Of a stretch of DNA of 64,000 nucleotides, positions 51,060-63,930 are shown piece by piece. Origin of the DNA: Octopus sinensis (taxonomy: Eukaryota). Both the position numbers and the translations under genes were made by a program. The stretch's first letter is position 1, and each line of letters starts with the position of its first letter. Below the pieces are notes generated by a model, which saw only the letters and a list, made by a program, of their open reading frames with translations, ran no database searches and was not told the origin of the DNA. Where the stretch lies: NCBI RefSeq assembly GCF_006345805.1, contig NC_043010.1:48670001-48734000 (forward strand), read 5' to 3'.

Positions 51060-53305
51060 AATAAATATAAGGAGTGGTCACTATATGGCTCCTCTAGCAC
51101 CAGTTAATCCAAAAGGTTTCAACCACTAAAAATACATGTTTCCCAGAAAGTCAGTACGATTGTTAGCTCACACGGACAGGGCAAATAAAAAATAACAAAA
51201 ATACAGATATTTTGGGACAATTGTTTCGCTATTAATGAATTAAATGTAATTTTACTTACAAAAAAATCCACTTGTAGCTCGTCGGCCAAAACTATCTGGA
51301 TGAAATCCACTCAATCACACGCCAGATTTTACCATAACGATAAATACGCGTGTGGTTCTTGATTACATCCGACGTTATAATTCAAATGCCCCAACCAACA
51401 GCGCGCCAAACTTTCACAAAACCAATACAGCATTTAGAAATAAATGCAGCATAATTATAATTAATTAATAATGGTGAGAGAATTAGATACTAATTTAATA
51501 GTATATCCATTCAACACCAAGTGGCCTAGTGCGCCGAGAAACCTGGATTATTATAATATTTTATAATATATTATAATATTTTTACAAATAAATATAAGAG
51601 AGTGGTCACTATATGGCTCACTCTAGCACCAGTTAATCCAAAAGGTTTCAACCACTAAAAATACATTTTCCCATGAAAGTCAGTACGATGTTAGCTCACA
51701 CGACAGGGCAAATAAAAAATAACAAAAATACAGATTATTTTGGGACAATTGTTCGCTATTAATGAATTAAATGTAATTTTACTTACAAAAAAATCCACTT
51801 GTAGCTCGTCGGCCAAAACTATCTGGATGAAACCACTCAATCACACGCCAGATTTTACCATAACGATAAATACGCGTGTGGTTCAATTGATTACATCCGA
51901 CGTTATAATTCAAATGCCCCAACCAACAGCGCGCCAAACTTTCACGGAAAACAAATACAGCATTTAGAAATAAATGCAGCATAATTATAATTAATTAATA
52001 AGGGTGAGAGAATTAGATACTAATTTAATAGTATATCCATTCAACACCAAGTGGGCTTTGCTCCGAGAAACCTGGATTATTATAATATTTTATAATATAT
52101 TATATATTTTTACAAAATAAATATAAGAGAGTGGTCACTATATGGCTCACTCTCTAGCACCAGTTAATCCAAAAGGTTTCAACCACTAAATACATGTTCC
52201 CATGAAAGTCAGTACGATTGTTAGCTCACACGGACAGGGCAATAAAAAAATAACAAAAATACAGATTATTTTGGGACAATTGTTTCGCTATTAATGAATT
52301 AAATGTAATTTTACTTACAAAAAAATCCACTTGTAGCTCGTCGGCCAAAACTATCTGGATGAAATCCACTCAATCACACGCCAGATTTTACCATAACGAT
52401 AAATACGCGTGTGGTTCAATTGATTACATCCGACGTTATAATATCAAATGCCCCAACCACAGCGCGCCAAACTTTCACGGAAACAATACAGCATTTAGAA
52501 ATAAATGCAGCATAATTATAATTAATTATAGGGTGAGAGAATAACAATCGTCTGACTTTCATGGAAACATGTATTTTTAGTGGTTGAACCTTTTGGATTA
52601 ACTGGTGCTAGAGTGAGCCATATAGTGACCACTCTCTTATATTTATTTTGTAAAAATATTATAATATATTATAAAATATTATAATAATCCAGGTTTCTCG
52701 GAGGCACTAGGCCACTTGGTGTTGAATGGATATACTATTAAATTAGTATCTAATTCTCCACCCTTATTAATTAATTATAATTATGCTGCATTTATTTCTA
52801 AACTGTAGTTTGTTTTCCGTGAAAGTTTGGCGCGCTGTTGGTTGGGGCATTTGAATTATAACGTCGGATGTAATCAATTGAACCACACGCGTATTTATCG
52901 TTTAGGTAAATCTGGCGTGTGATTGAGTGGATTTTCATCCAGATAGTTTTGGCCGACGAGCTACAGTGGATTTTTTTTGTAAGTAAAATTACATTTAATT
53001 CATTAATAGCGAAACAATTGTCCCAAAATAATCTGTATTTTTGTTATTTTTATTTGCCCTGTCCGTGTGAGCTAACAATCGTACTGACTTTCATGGGAAA
53101 CATGTATTTTTAGTGGTTGAAACCTTTTGGATTACTGGTGCTAGAGTGAGCCATATAGTGACCACTCTCTTATTTTATTTTGTAAAAATATTATAATATA
53201 TTATAAAAATATTATAATAATCCAGGTTTCTCGGAGCACTAGCCACTTGGTGTTGAATGGATATACTATTAAATTAGTATCTAATTCTCTCACCCTTATT
53301 AATTA
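51060..53305. repeat. ~529-bp tandem repeat: ~2.8 forward copies, then ~1.4 inverted copies
   Basis: GAGTGGTCA anchors at 51072, 51600 and 52129; orientation flips at about 52541. Confidence 0.95.
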
Positions 53306-53319
53306 CTTATATATAATAT

Positions 53320-53460
53320 ATATATTTATAATATAACCAATTTCAACGGACTTTGCCCAAATTTGACGTCGATATTACTTAGTTTAGTTTGAAATAAAGA
53401 ACTTGATTAGCTTAATAATCGTAACTTAATCCCGGGCAAGGCCAGGTCATACTGCTAGTA
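53320..53460 (-). mobile_element. Helitron-like (Lep1-type) 5' end
   Basis: Minus strand TACTAGCAGTATGACCTGGCCTTGCCCGGG resembles the 39984 start ACTAGCAGCATAGCCCGGCGTTGCCCGGG. Confidence 0.65.
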
Positions 53461-53769
53461 TATATTATATATATATATATATATGATAATATTAGAGAGT
53501 ATAGCTCCAAACTTACAGGGAAAAATTAGATTTAGTATTAAAACGTAAATAACATGAAATACGAAGGCAAACTTTGGTATGTGTACAACCCTCTGCAAAT
53601 TTTGGTTCGCGAGAACAACTGTTTTTCGAAGCCTCATAATGTCGTTAATTGCTCGACATATGGAGTAGATGAACAGCCGACAACTGATGAAGGGTTGTTC
53701 TTTATGTTACTTGTCTTGTCTTCCATTTGTTTCTCTCGTTGTTCGCGTACCCAAGTCTGCCTTCTCGAT

Positions 53770-53955
53770 TACTTTTATAGAGCGGACTTCAAGCAAGGAC
53801 CAATGCTTCACCACCCTCGAGAGTCAACAGTTTGAAGACTTGCATCGTGCGTGCGTCACGCAAAATCACGCAGGTAAATGTTGTGGGAGTTGCATAAAAA
53901 TTTCGTTCTCGTGTGGAGGTAGTTATTGCCCAAAATGGCGGCCATATTGAGTGAT
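53770..53955 (+). mobile_element. Tc1/DD37D-like transposase C-terminal fragment
   Basis: LDYFY...ARTNASP...VNSLKTCIVRA...FRSRVEVVIAQNGGHIE*. Confidence 0.6.
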
Positions 53956-54075
53956 AAATGATTTTCTTGTAATAAATGTTACATTAAAATTGTATCTGTC
54001 TACTACCAATATTTCAGTATTTATAACTAGTTTTATGCATCATAAAAGTTGTCTCAATTTATCTGCAAAACCCTG

Positions 54076-54223
<148 letters not shown>

Positions 54224-54249
54224 TGTGTGTATGTATACATATATATATA

Positions 54250-55684
54250 CAGTTGCGGACAGAATGTTCAGAACGGCATTGTTTTCGTCAGAAAAGTAAG
54301 TATAAGTTTTTATCAAAGTTGTTTTATATTCTATAATTTTCACAGACAATATATACAATATTAATTTGTATTGTCTGAGATGTTGGTGTAATTTGAGTGG
54401 ATAATACAAAAGTTATGGATGATTTAGTGATTTACTTTAAAACCCATGGTGGCCAAAATGATCAGAACGGTTGAAAAAATAACAAAATAATCAAAAATGA
54501 CAGAGAATGCTGGAATTATTTCATATTTAGTGTGAAGCCCTTTAGCTTCAATCAAAGTTTGACATCTTCGACTGCATGGGGAAATTAAATTTTCAATTTC
54601 TTGCTGGGTGATCTTATTCCATTCTTCCTGAAGGACATTCCATAATAGCTCGGTTGTTTTAGGATTTCTGGCTTTCAAACGTTCTCCTAGAATATTCCAC
54701 ACATTTTCAATAGGATTGAGATCTGGGCTTTGAGCAGGCCAATCCATAACAATAACCTTTTCAGCCTTGAGGAAGTTCATGACCACCTTAGCCTTTTGAC
54801 ATGGGGCATTGTCCTGCATGAATATTGGTGGTCGCTTAGTTGAATTTCTCAGCACAGGCAAGACATGATCTTTTACAAGTTGTTTATAAACTCCTGCATT
54901 TATCTTTCCATGTAATCGCCGCAAAGGGCCCACAACATCTCCAGATATAACCCCCCCCCAAACCATGACACTTCCTCTACCGAATTTAACACTAGTCTTA
55001 AGGCATTTAGGCGACAATTTTTCACCTGCTTTTCGACGAACGTACCGTTTCCTATCTGAGCCAAATAACATAGACTTAGATTCATCACTGAAATGCACCG
55101 TTTGCCATTTTTCTTGAGACCACAACACATGTTCGGTTGCAAAGGTAAGACGACACTTTTTATTCTTGAAGCTGATCAGTGGCTTCACTGCAGGTGCTCT
55201 TGCTTGTAGGTCATGTTCAACTAAACGACGAGACAGTTTTTCGAGATAAAGTTTTCTTCAGTACAATGCTCATTTCCCGAGAAACAGCAGCAGCAGTTTT
55301 AAATCTGTCCTTTTTAACCAACTTTACCATAGCACGATCTTCTCTCTTGGTCGTTTTTTGGCCTACCTGTAGACTTTCTTGCTTCACACGAACAACAATC
55401 ATCGAAAACCCTAAGAATACCGTGAATAACACTTTTTGACTTGTTAACAATCTTTGCAATAGACCTAATACTTAAATTATCCTTCTTTCGAAGCTTAATA
55501 ATCTGCTGACGAATTGGTAACGGAGTAAGTGGCATTATATTAACAAAGTACACTGCAGATATTCTTACGGTGTGTTTAGTAAATGAACCGCCACGTAAAC
55601 AAATTCAAAACATTAGAGTTCGCTGGTTAAATATACTAAAACACGGAGTAAAAGCAACTGTTCTGATCATTTTAGCCGCAACTG
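54250..55684 (-). mobile_element. Full-length Tc1 transposon (1435 bp) with TIRs and TA TSD
   Basis: TIRs CAGTTGCGGACAGAATGTTCAGAACGGC vs CAGTTGCGGCTAAAATGATCAGAACAGT (22/28 identical); TA at 54248-49 and 55685-86. Confidence 0.95.
54523..55535 (-). pseudogene. Tc1 DD34E transposase, two frameshifts, no internal stops
   Basis: MPLTPLPIRQQII...GRPK / TTKREDRAMV...SRKTV / RLVEHDL.AR..AVKPLI...FSDES...MQDNAP-(34 aa)-E in DLNPIENVW...TKY. Confidence 0.92.
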
Positions 55685-55814
55685 TATGTATGCATGTATA
55701 TATTTATAGATAGAGAGAGTGAGAGAGAGATGTATGTATGTATGTATGTATGTATGTATGTATGTAGGATGTATGTATGTATGTATATTATATATATATA
55801 TATAAATATATATG

Positions 55815-55916
<102 letters not shown>

Positions 55917-56479
55917 CATATACACACATATACAACACACACAATGCAGACTGGTCGTTCTGTAGTCCTTATGCATTTAGATTTTCTGTGAAGTTAGACC
56001 CATAACAGTAATTGTAGTAACATGGAAATAGAATCGGGGTGAATCGCATTACTTTTATTTAACAGTTCACCAATAATCGGCCATGGCTGGAGACTTATTG
56101 AGCAGTAAATAAACTGATAATATATTGATGTCGTTGCTTTGATATTTATCTCTGCGTAGAAACGTTTCTAGATATGACACAGGCGATAGGTTTGAGGTTA
56201 AACAGATATACAGGTAATATATGAAAAACTTTGTATGATATCATATAAATGACTGCAGGTGAAAATCAATCCATTTTATTTCTTTGCGATTACCTACCTA
56301 CAATGTCTGAGCAAGTACATATCACACACACACAGAGTAATCCCCACTCATATAAAGACATACATTTCTACACACACACACACATATATACATACATATA
56401 TACAAAAGCATATCCATAGCTATCTATCTCTTTATCTATATCGATACATACACATACACTCACACAGAGTAATCCCTAC

Positions 56480-56510
<31 letters not shown>

Positions 56511-56618
56511 CATACATACATACATACATACATACATACAAAGATACACTGGTACACACATATATATATCAGCATATCGATATCTATCTATATCTATACA
56601 CACACACATACACATAGT

Positions 56619-56649
<31 letters not shown>

Positions 56650-56936
56650 AGCGAGGGAGAGAGAGGGGGAAAGAGAGCGAGAGAGAATGGGTTTGTTTGA
56701 ATATATGGGCATAGACACTCACATAGGGAAAACGTTAAACATTAACAGTAATTCGCATACACACACATATCAACAAACTAAATAAATGTGCAAATCTCAG
56801 CCAGTTCGACGGTACGTTTTCCATTTGTTAGACCAACTGAATGGCGTTCTCTTTGAATTAGCATGTAAGTGACTGAGTATTCCCACAGTCGCGTGTACCC
56901 GAAAGTAATTCTGTGGCAGAATCAGTGCGACAGAAA

Positions 56937-57167
56937 GGCAGCGAGCTGGCAGAATCGTTAGCACGCCGGGCGAAATTTGTAGCCGTATTTCGTCTGCCGT
57001 TACGTTCTGAGTTCAAACTCCGCCGAGGTCGACTTTGTCTTTCATCCTTTCGGGGTCGATAAATTAAGTACCAGTTACGCACTGGGGTCGATATAATCGA
57101 CTTAATCCCTTTGTCTGTCCTTGTTTGTCCCCTCTATGTTTAGCCCCTTGTGGGCAATAAAGAAATA
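56937..57167 (+). mobile_element. SINE family B, full length
   Basis: Near-identical to 59921-60150 and 60551-60777. Confidence 0.9.
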
Positions 57168-57822
57168 AGAATGCGTGGCATTAATTACTGCCAAAAGTAG
57201 TAGTACCCCATATTAAAATAAATTTGTTTGAAATTTTAAGATGTTTCCATTATTTTATCCAACCCCTGTATGTATATATATATATATATATACTTGTTTC
57301 AGTAAGCAACGGGCTCTTTCAGTTTCCGTCTGCCAAATCCACTCACAAGGCTTTGGTCGGTCCAAGGCTGTAGTAGAAGACACTTGACCAAGGTGCCAAG
57401 CAGTGGAACTGAACCCTAAACCATGAGGTTGGGAAGCAAACTTCTTACCACACAGCTACGCCTTCGCCTGTATATTATTGCTATTATTGAATTGTAAGAT
57501 CCAAGGGTCTAAGTTTAGGAAGTTTATAAGCTTGGAACAGTCCGTGGTAAGTATAAAAAACAACTTTCCGGAACAATAATACTTTATTGGCATAGAAGGT
57601 TGTAGGCTTTTCCCATATCGAGGTTTGATAAGCTGGTAAAAGTCTTTTTATAGTTCATGGTTGAGGGAATGGAGAAGGTAAAATCCAGGCTACATAGGTT
57701 TCCTAGCTAGCAGATACTAGAAAGTAATGATTACTCAGCGGGGAGTACTCCACTAGCTACTCATCAGGCCGAGTATACCTTCGTTACATTGTCGTTAAGG
57801 AATCCCAAGTTAACTCGCCGGA

Positions 57823-57925
<103 letters not shown>

Positions 57926-58024
57926 GAAGATAGATAGATAGATAGATAGATAGATGTGTGTGTGTACGAGTGAGTAGACAAATGAAAGAAGTGCACTCAA
58001 CACATTTATTGGGGGTTACATTTC

Positions 58025-58171
58025 TGGCTCAAAACAGTTTGATTCAAATTCCTTGGTACTCTGAGTTTCAAGCGTGAAGCTAGTCTTCGGTCATAGGAAT
58101 TTGATTTCAAATTTCTATGGCCGAAGACTAGCATCACGCTTGAAACCCAGAGTACCAACGAGTTTGAGCCA
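58025..58171. repeat. Near-perfect hairpin; core stem 58053-58104 / 58107-58158 with a 2-nt loop
   Basis: 52-bp arms with 4 non-Watson-Crick positions; outer TGGCTCAAA / TTTGAGCCA pair. Confidence 0.9.
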
Positions 58172-58214
58172 TATATACATACATACATATATATATATAC
58201 ATATGCATATATAT

Positions 58215-58307
<93 letters not shown>

Positions 58308-58493
58308 CAAACATACACACACACATATACACATGTAGGCGATGGGATTCCACACAAATAACGTTTACCAAATTCAACCCCAAAGCATTGATCGGCTCGG
58401 TACTATACAAGAGGCGCTTATCCAAGGTGCCTTGTAGTGGGACTGAACCTGAAACCGTATGGTTTCAAAAAGCGTGCTTCATATATACGTGTA

Positions 58494-58537
<44 letters not shown>

Positions 58538-59209
58538 AGAGGGAGAAAGAGAGACTGAGAGAGCGTATGTTTTGTATTTCCTTTTTCTGTAGCTTTTTTT
58601 TAATTTTAACGCTGTTTATCTGAAAAGGTTCATAAATAAAATGATGTCATAAATACATATTGTTCATTTATTCCTTTTTCTTTTTTCCTTTTGTTAAATA
58701 ATAATTAAGAAAATACAAAACTAACACTACATGTCATTATGACAACAGATTTGTCGGATATATTTCAAATTACATTTTTTTTTCTTATTATTTTGTTATT
58801 TCTAATTTCGTTATAGAAATATCCTAAGATCTACGCAAAATACTTGTTAAAATTTATGTAAACTATAGGATGGGAACACAAGTTGAAGGCAAGTGATAAA
58901 AACTTGCTATGGCAGAAATACAGTGACGAAGAAATAAAGTTGGTTGACACAAAAAGAAAATTGTGGAGTGAGAGAGGACAAAAATGATAGGGTGAATAGG
59001 TAGAAAATAGATAGATAGATAGATAGATAGATAGAAAGGAAATAAAATATATATTCTAACTATGCACTTACATACACACACACCTATATATGTATACACA
59101 TATATGCATACATACATATATATATGTGTACGTTCGCGCATATGCGTGTATGCACATGTATACATATGATATACGTCATATACATGTGCATATATTCTTC
59201 GCTCATTCG

Positions 59210-59212
59210 CTG

Positions 59213-59270
<58 letters not shown>

Positions 59271-59273
59271 GTA

Positions 59274-59309
<36 letters not shown>

Positions 59310-59375
59310 TGTATGTATGCATGCATGTATGTATGTATGTATGCATGTATGTATGTATGCATGCATGTATGTATA

Positions 59376-59460
<85 letters not shown>

Positions 59461-59539
59461 GGATGGATGGATGATGGATGGATGGATGGATGGATGGATA
59501 GATAGATAGACAGACAGATAGATAGACAGACAGACAGAT

Positions 59540-59609
<70 letters not shown>

Positions 59610-59846
59610 GATGGATGGATGGATGGATGGATGGATGGATGGATGGATAGATAGATAGATAGATGGATAGATGGATAGATATATAGATAGATATAATACA
59701 TACATACAAACACATTCATTCATAGATATACACACTCACATACATGTACTTACATATGCACACATAGATGTATATTTAAGTATACATATGCATGCATGCA
59801 TGTATGTACGTACGTATGTATATATGTATATATGTATGTATGTATG

Positions 59847-59881
<35 letters not shown>

Positions 59882-59920
59882 GTAGGTAGGTAGGTAGGTA
59901 GGTAGGTAGGTAGGTAAGTA
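59210..59920. repeat. Compound (TA)/(TATG)/(TAGA)/(TGGA)/(TAGG) tract
   Basis: Direct reading. Confidence 0.92.
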
Positions 59921-60150
59921 GGCGGCGAGCTGGCAGAAACGTTAGCACGCCGGGCGAAATGCTTAGCGGTACTTCGTCTGTCGTTACGTTGTGAGTTCAA
60001 ATTCCGTCGAGGTCGACTTTGCCTTTCATCCTTTCGGGGTCGATAAATTAAGTACCAGTTACGCACTGGGGTCGATGTAATCGACTTAATACCTATGTCT
60101 GTCCTTGTTTGTCCCCTCTGTGTTTAGTCCCTTGTGGGTAATAAAGAAAT
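59921..60150 (+). mobile_element. SINE family B inserted in a (TAGG)n tract
   Basis: (TAGG)n continues on both sides. Confidence 0.9.
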
Positions 60151-60550
60151 AAGTAGGTAGGTAGGTAGGTAGGTACAGTATGTTCCAACGTTCAAAATGT
60201 TCTCTTCGTAATCATGATGTTCCGATCTCGATTCCACAGTCTACCCAACTTGGCCGAGTGTTTATTTTCAGTAGCTTCTGTTAGACCTATGCTTTATGAA
60301 TGAACACAAGCAAAGGAAAACTTTACTGAAGCTCTTCCGATATGTTGTACCTGCAAGTCGAAGACCCGGCCTTGTCGCACACAGCGTCACACTGGTTCCA
60401 AGTGAGAATCTTCCACTATCATAATACTCTTGGGTTTTTCTCCGTCACAGCATATGAATGAGAAAGGAAGGGGTGAAGGATAAATAAGGAAGGAAGGGGT
60501 GATGGCAAACTGGTAGTGGAAACGTTTCAACTCTGTGTGAGTATATGTGT

Positions 60551-60777
60551 GCGAGCTGGCAGAAACGTTAGCACGCCGGGCGAAATGCGTAGCCGTATTT
60601 CGTCTGACGTTACGTTCTGAGTTCAAATTCCGCCGAGGTCGACTTTGCCTTTCATCCTTTCGGGGTCGATAAATAAAGTACCAGTTACGCACTGGGGCCG
60701 ATGTAATCGACTTAATCCGTTTGTCTGTCCTTGTTTGTCCCCTCTGTGTTTAGCCCCTTGTGGGTAGTAAAGAAATA
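60551..60777 (+). mobile_element. SINE family B, flanked (with an ~90-nt 3' extension) by a 29-bp direct repeat
   Basis: CGTTTCAACTCTGTGTGAGTATATGTGTG at 60523-60551 and 60867-60895. Confidence 0.9.
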
Positions 60778-60811
60778 TATATGTGTGTGAATGTAAAAGG
60801 GAGTTTGTGAA

Positions 60812-60842
<31 letters not shown>

Positions 60843-61153
60843 AAGGGAAGTGCTAAATTCAAACAGCGTTTCAACTCTGTGTGAGTATATGTGTGTATGT
60901 GTGAACCAGCGTTCTTTCAGTAACAAATGATGATCGATGTCACATCTCGAAAGACAACCACAGGATAATATTGAAAAGTGGAATTCGATATCAGATTGCG
61001 AGGACGACCCGGTTCTTTACTGAGGATAAAAGGCTTCGAATGACCCGTCCTTGTTTGTTTCATCGTCTATCTGGATGGTTTGTTGTCCCTTTTTGTATCA
61101 CCTAGCTGTCCGGATGTTTTGCGTTCTTGCCCCATTTTGTATTATATAAATAC

Positions 61154-61194
<41 letters not shown>

Positions 61195-61217
61195 GGTGTG
61201 TGTGTGTGTATATTCAT

Positions 61218-61257
<40 letters not shown>

Positions 61258-61693
61258 AAATATAAATGAATAACAGTAGAGGTACAGGTGTCAATCCATT
61301 ACGGCCGTTTCTAATGAATCCCTTAATTGATTAATGAAAACATTACATCATTGTAAAGAAACTGTTTTCATCAGATGAATTCCTGAACTTCAAAATAAAG
61401 AACATTTGAATTGATCTAACATAATTTAATATCCACGAACAGAAACATTCGCAGTGATTCTACTATTTCCGTTGACAGAATGGTGTATATTTGATCATAA
61501 CAGGATAATACTAAAAAGTGTATTAATTTGATTTGCCATCCAGATTTATATATAAAATACTACAATTAGCCGTCATTTTTGACGGCACGGGGCCAGCTAG
61601 TTACATTAAGAGTACTCGTGATTGTGACATACTCGTTCATTCAATAGATATGATAGCTTAGTTGTTTTAGTTGACTGTGCACATGAACACACA

Positions 61694-61737
<44 letters not shown>

Positions 61738-62015
61738 TATATTGACGGAGTGGCGAACTTAAAATTCAGACTACATATGTTTTCTAGCTAGAAGTTCCTC
61801 TGGTGTAATAATTACTTAACGTGTGGTACTCAACTAGCTACACGTCGGTCCGAAGATACCTTAATCATATGGATGTTACACTATCGTTAAGGAATCCTAA
61901 GTTAACTCGCTGAAACTCCTGGAAGTTGTTTTTCATACATTTCACGGACTGCTTGAAGCTTACAAACTTCCTACACTTAGATCCTTGGATCTTATAATTA
62001 CAAAGACACGCTCAC

Positions 62016-62070
<55 letters not shown>

Positions 62071-62514
62071 ATTCGAATTATGGTTATAGTCAATCTTCAG
62101 GTTAATGATAATATTTAGATAAATAATCAAATATATTTAAACAATATTTTTTAAAGAAATGAATAAATAATAATTTTTCTTATAAGAAACTCTATTATCA
62201 AACTAGAAACTTTAACGATTATGATTATGTCATACAATCGATTATAATGCTAAATATTAATTTTTAAGTATTAATTTTTAAGGTAAGAATAGATAGAAAA
62301 TGTATTTATTCAGATATAATATGGCTTTAAAAAACATAATAAACCCACAAATAATCAAATCTCAGTTATAGTCAATAACTAATTACCTAAATATTTAACA
62401 AAAAAAATCACTATTCATATCATTAAATTTAATTTCAAGTCAAATAATTATATAATATTTGAATAATAACTAAATTATATGATTATATATATGATTATAT
62501 ATATATATATACAT

Positions 62515-62672
62515 ACAACAGGCTTCTTTCAGTTTCAGTCTACCAAATCCACTCACAAGGCTTTGGTCGGCCCGAGTCTATAACAGAAGACACTTGCTCA
62601 AGGTGTTATACTGTGGGACTGAATCAAGAACCATATGGTTGGGAAGCAAGCTTCTTACCACACAGACACTCT
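62515..62672 (-). mobile_element. SINE family A 5' half
   Basis: Match to head and body. Confidence 0.8.
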
Positions 62673-63153
62673 CGCAAATGTTGAATATAATTCATTTATT
62701 TCGACAAAAATGTTAAATACAATCTATGTATATATTTCACAGCCAGCCTGCCTGTAAGAAATATACGAATGTAAATGCATTCCTTATATATATTTGATGT
62801 GTGGAAACAAGAGGACCTAGCACACCTTCTCGCAGGTTGTTGATGGCTCTTCCAACTAGAGGTGCTCGACCTTCTTTCTCAATCAATAGTAAAAACATAT
62901 CTAGCTTTTTATGAAGTAGTCATAAATTAGGCTAGAACTGTAGTGGGAGCTTAATTTGCATATCTGTGTTTCCGAAGGCTCTTCATTAATTCATATATGA
63001 TTATATGGGATAGGGTTTTACAGAATATGATTGATACAAGAGCAGATGATAAAAGATATGTGGAAAGGAGAACAGGAAAACAATAGAAAATATTCAAATG
63101 GAAATGGAAGAATATATTGGATTCTAAGATATTCATAGATACAGGAAAGGCCA

Positions 63154-63256
<103 letters not shown>

Positions 63257-63802
63257 GACAGAGAGGGGAGCTACAAGCTACAGAGATATTGAGAACAAAA
63301 GAGATGTCGGGAAAGTGTGTGTGAGAGAGAAAGAGAGAGAGAGAGAGGAATGAAATAGGGATAGAGTTAGAGGTAGAGAGAGAGAGGGAGGGGGAGAAAA
63401 GGCTGGAAGGAGAGAAGGGAGTAATTTGTTTGGTATCAAAACTGTAAACTGAATGCAAATATGAAGCAAAGATAGAGCACTATAATGATGATGATAATGA
63501 TGATGATGGAAGTGGTGGCAGCGGCGGTAACAGTGGTGGTGGTGGTGGTGAATGACTGGGTACGATCCGCCAATGTTAAAACTTTTAAATATACCACGCC
63601 TCTATCGACTCCAACTAGTCGGTTATACCGAGCACTTTAAAGACACAGCGAAAGAATAACCACGTGACTCAGCGAAGGAACCTGTACATAATGTCTCGAT
63701 CTGCTAGAAATTTAGCCAAACAAAACGGTGCTCTTCGAATGAAATCCACCGTGTCCCATACGTTTCTTTATCACTCTTGCTGCCAGAAAAAAAGACAGTC
63801 AC

Positions 63803-63930
63803 GTGCTTCCCAATCACATTGGTTCTGGGTTCAGCCCCAATGCGTAGCACCTTGGGCATGTGTGTTCTACTATAGCTCCGGATGGACCAAAGCCTTGAGT
63901 GGATTCAGTAGATGGAAACTGAAAGAAGCA
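63803..63930 (+). mobile_element. SINE family A 5' half, decayed
   Basis: GGTTCAGCCCCAATGCGTAGCACCTTGGGC...GGAAACTGAAAGAAGC. Confidence 0.7.

Noticed and set aside
51380-51400. E2F-like TTTGGCGC site in each 529-bp unit
   Set aside because: One 8-mer replicated by the duplication; no promoter or gene context.
53664-53700. CTGATGAAGGG hammerhead-like start (also CTGAAGAAGGGG near 29380 on the minus strand)
   Set aside because: No downstream GAAA, stem III or cleavage triplet; half motif only.
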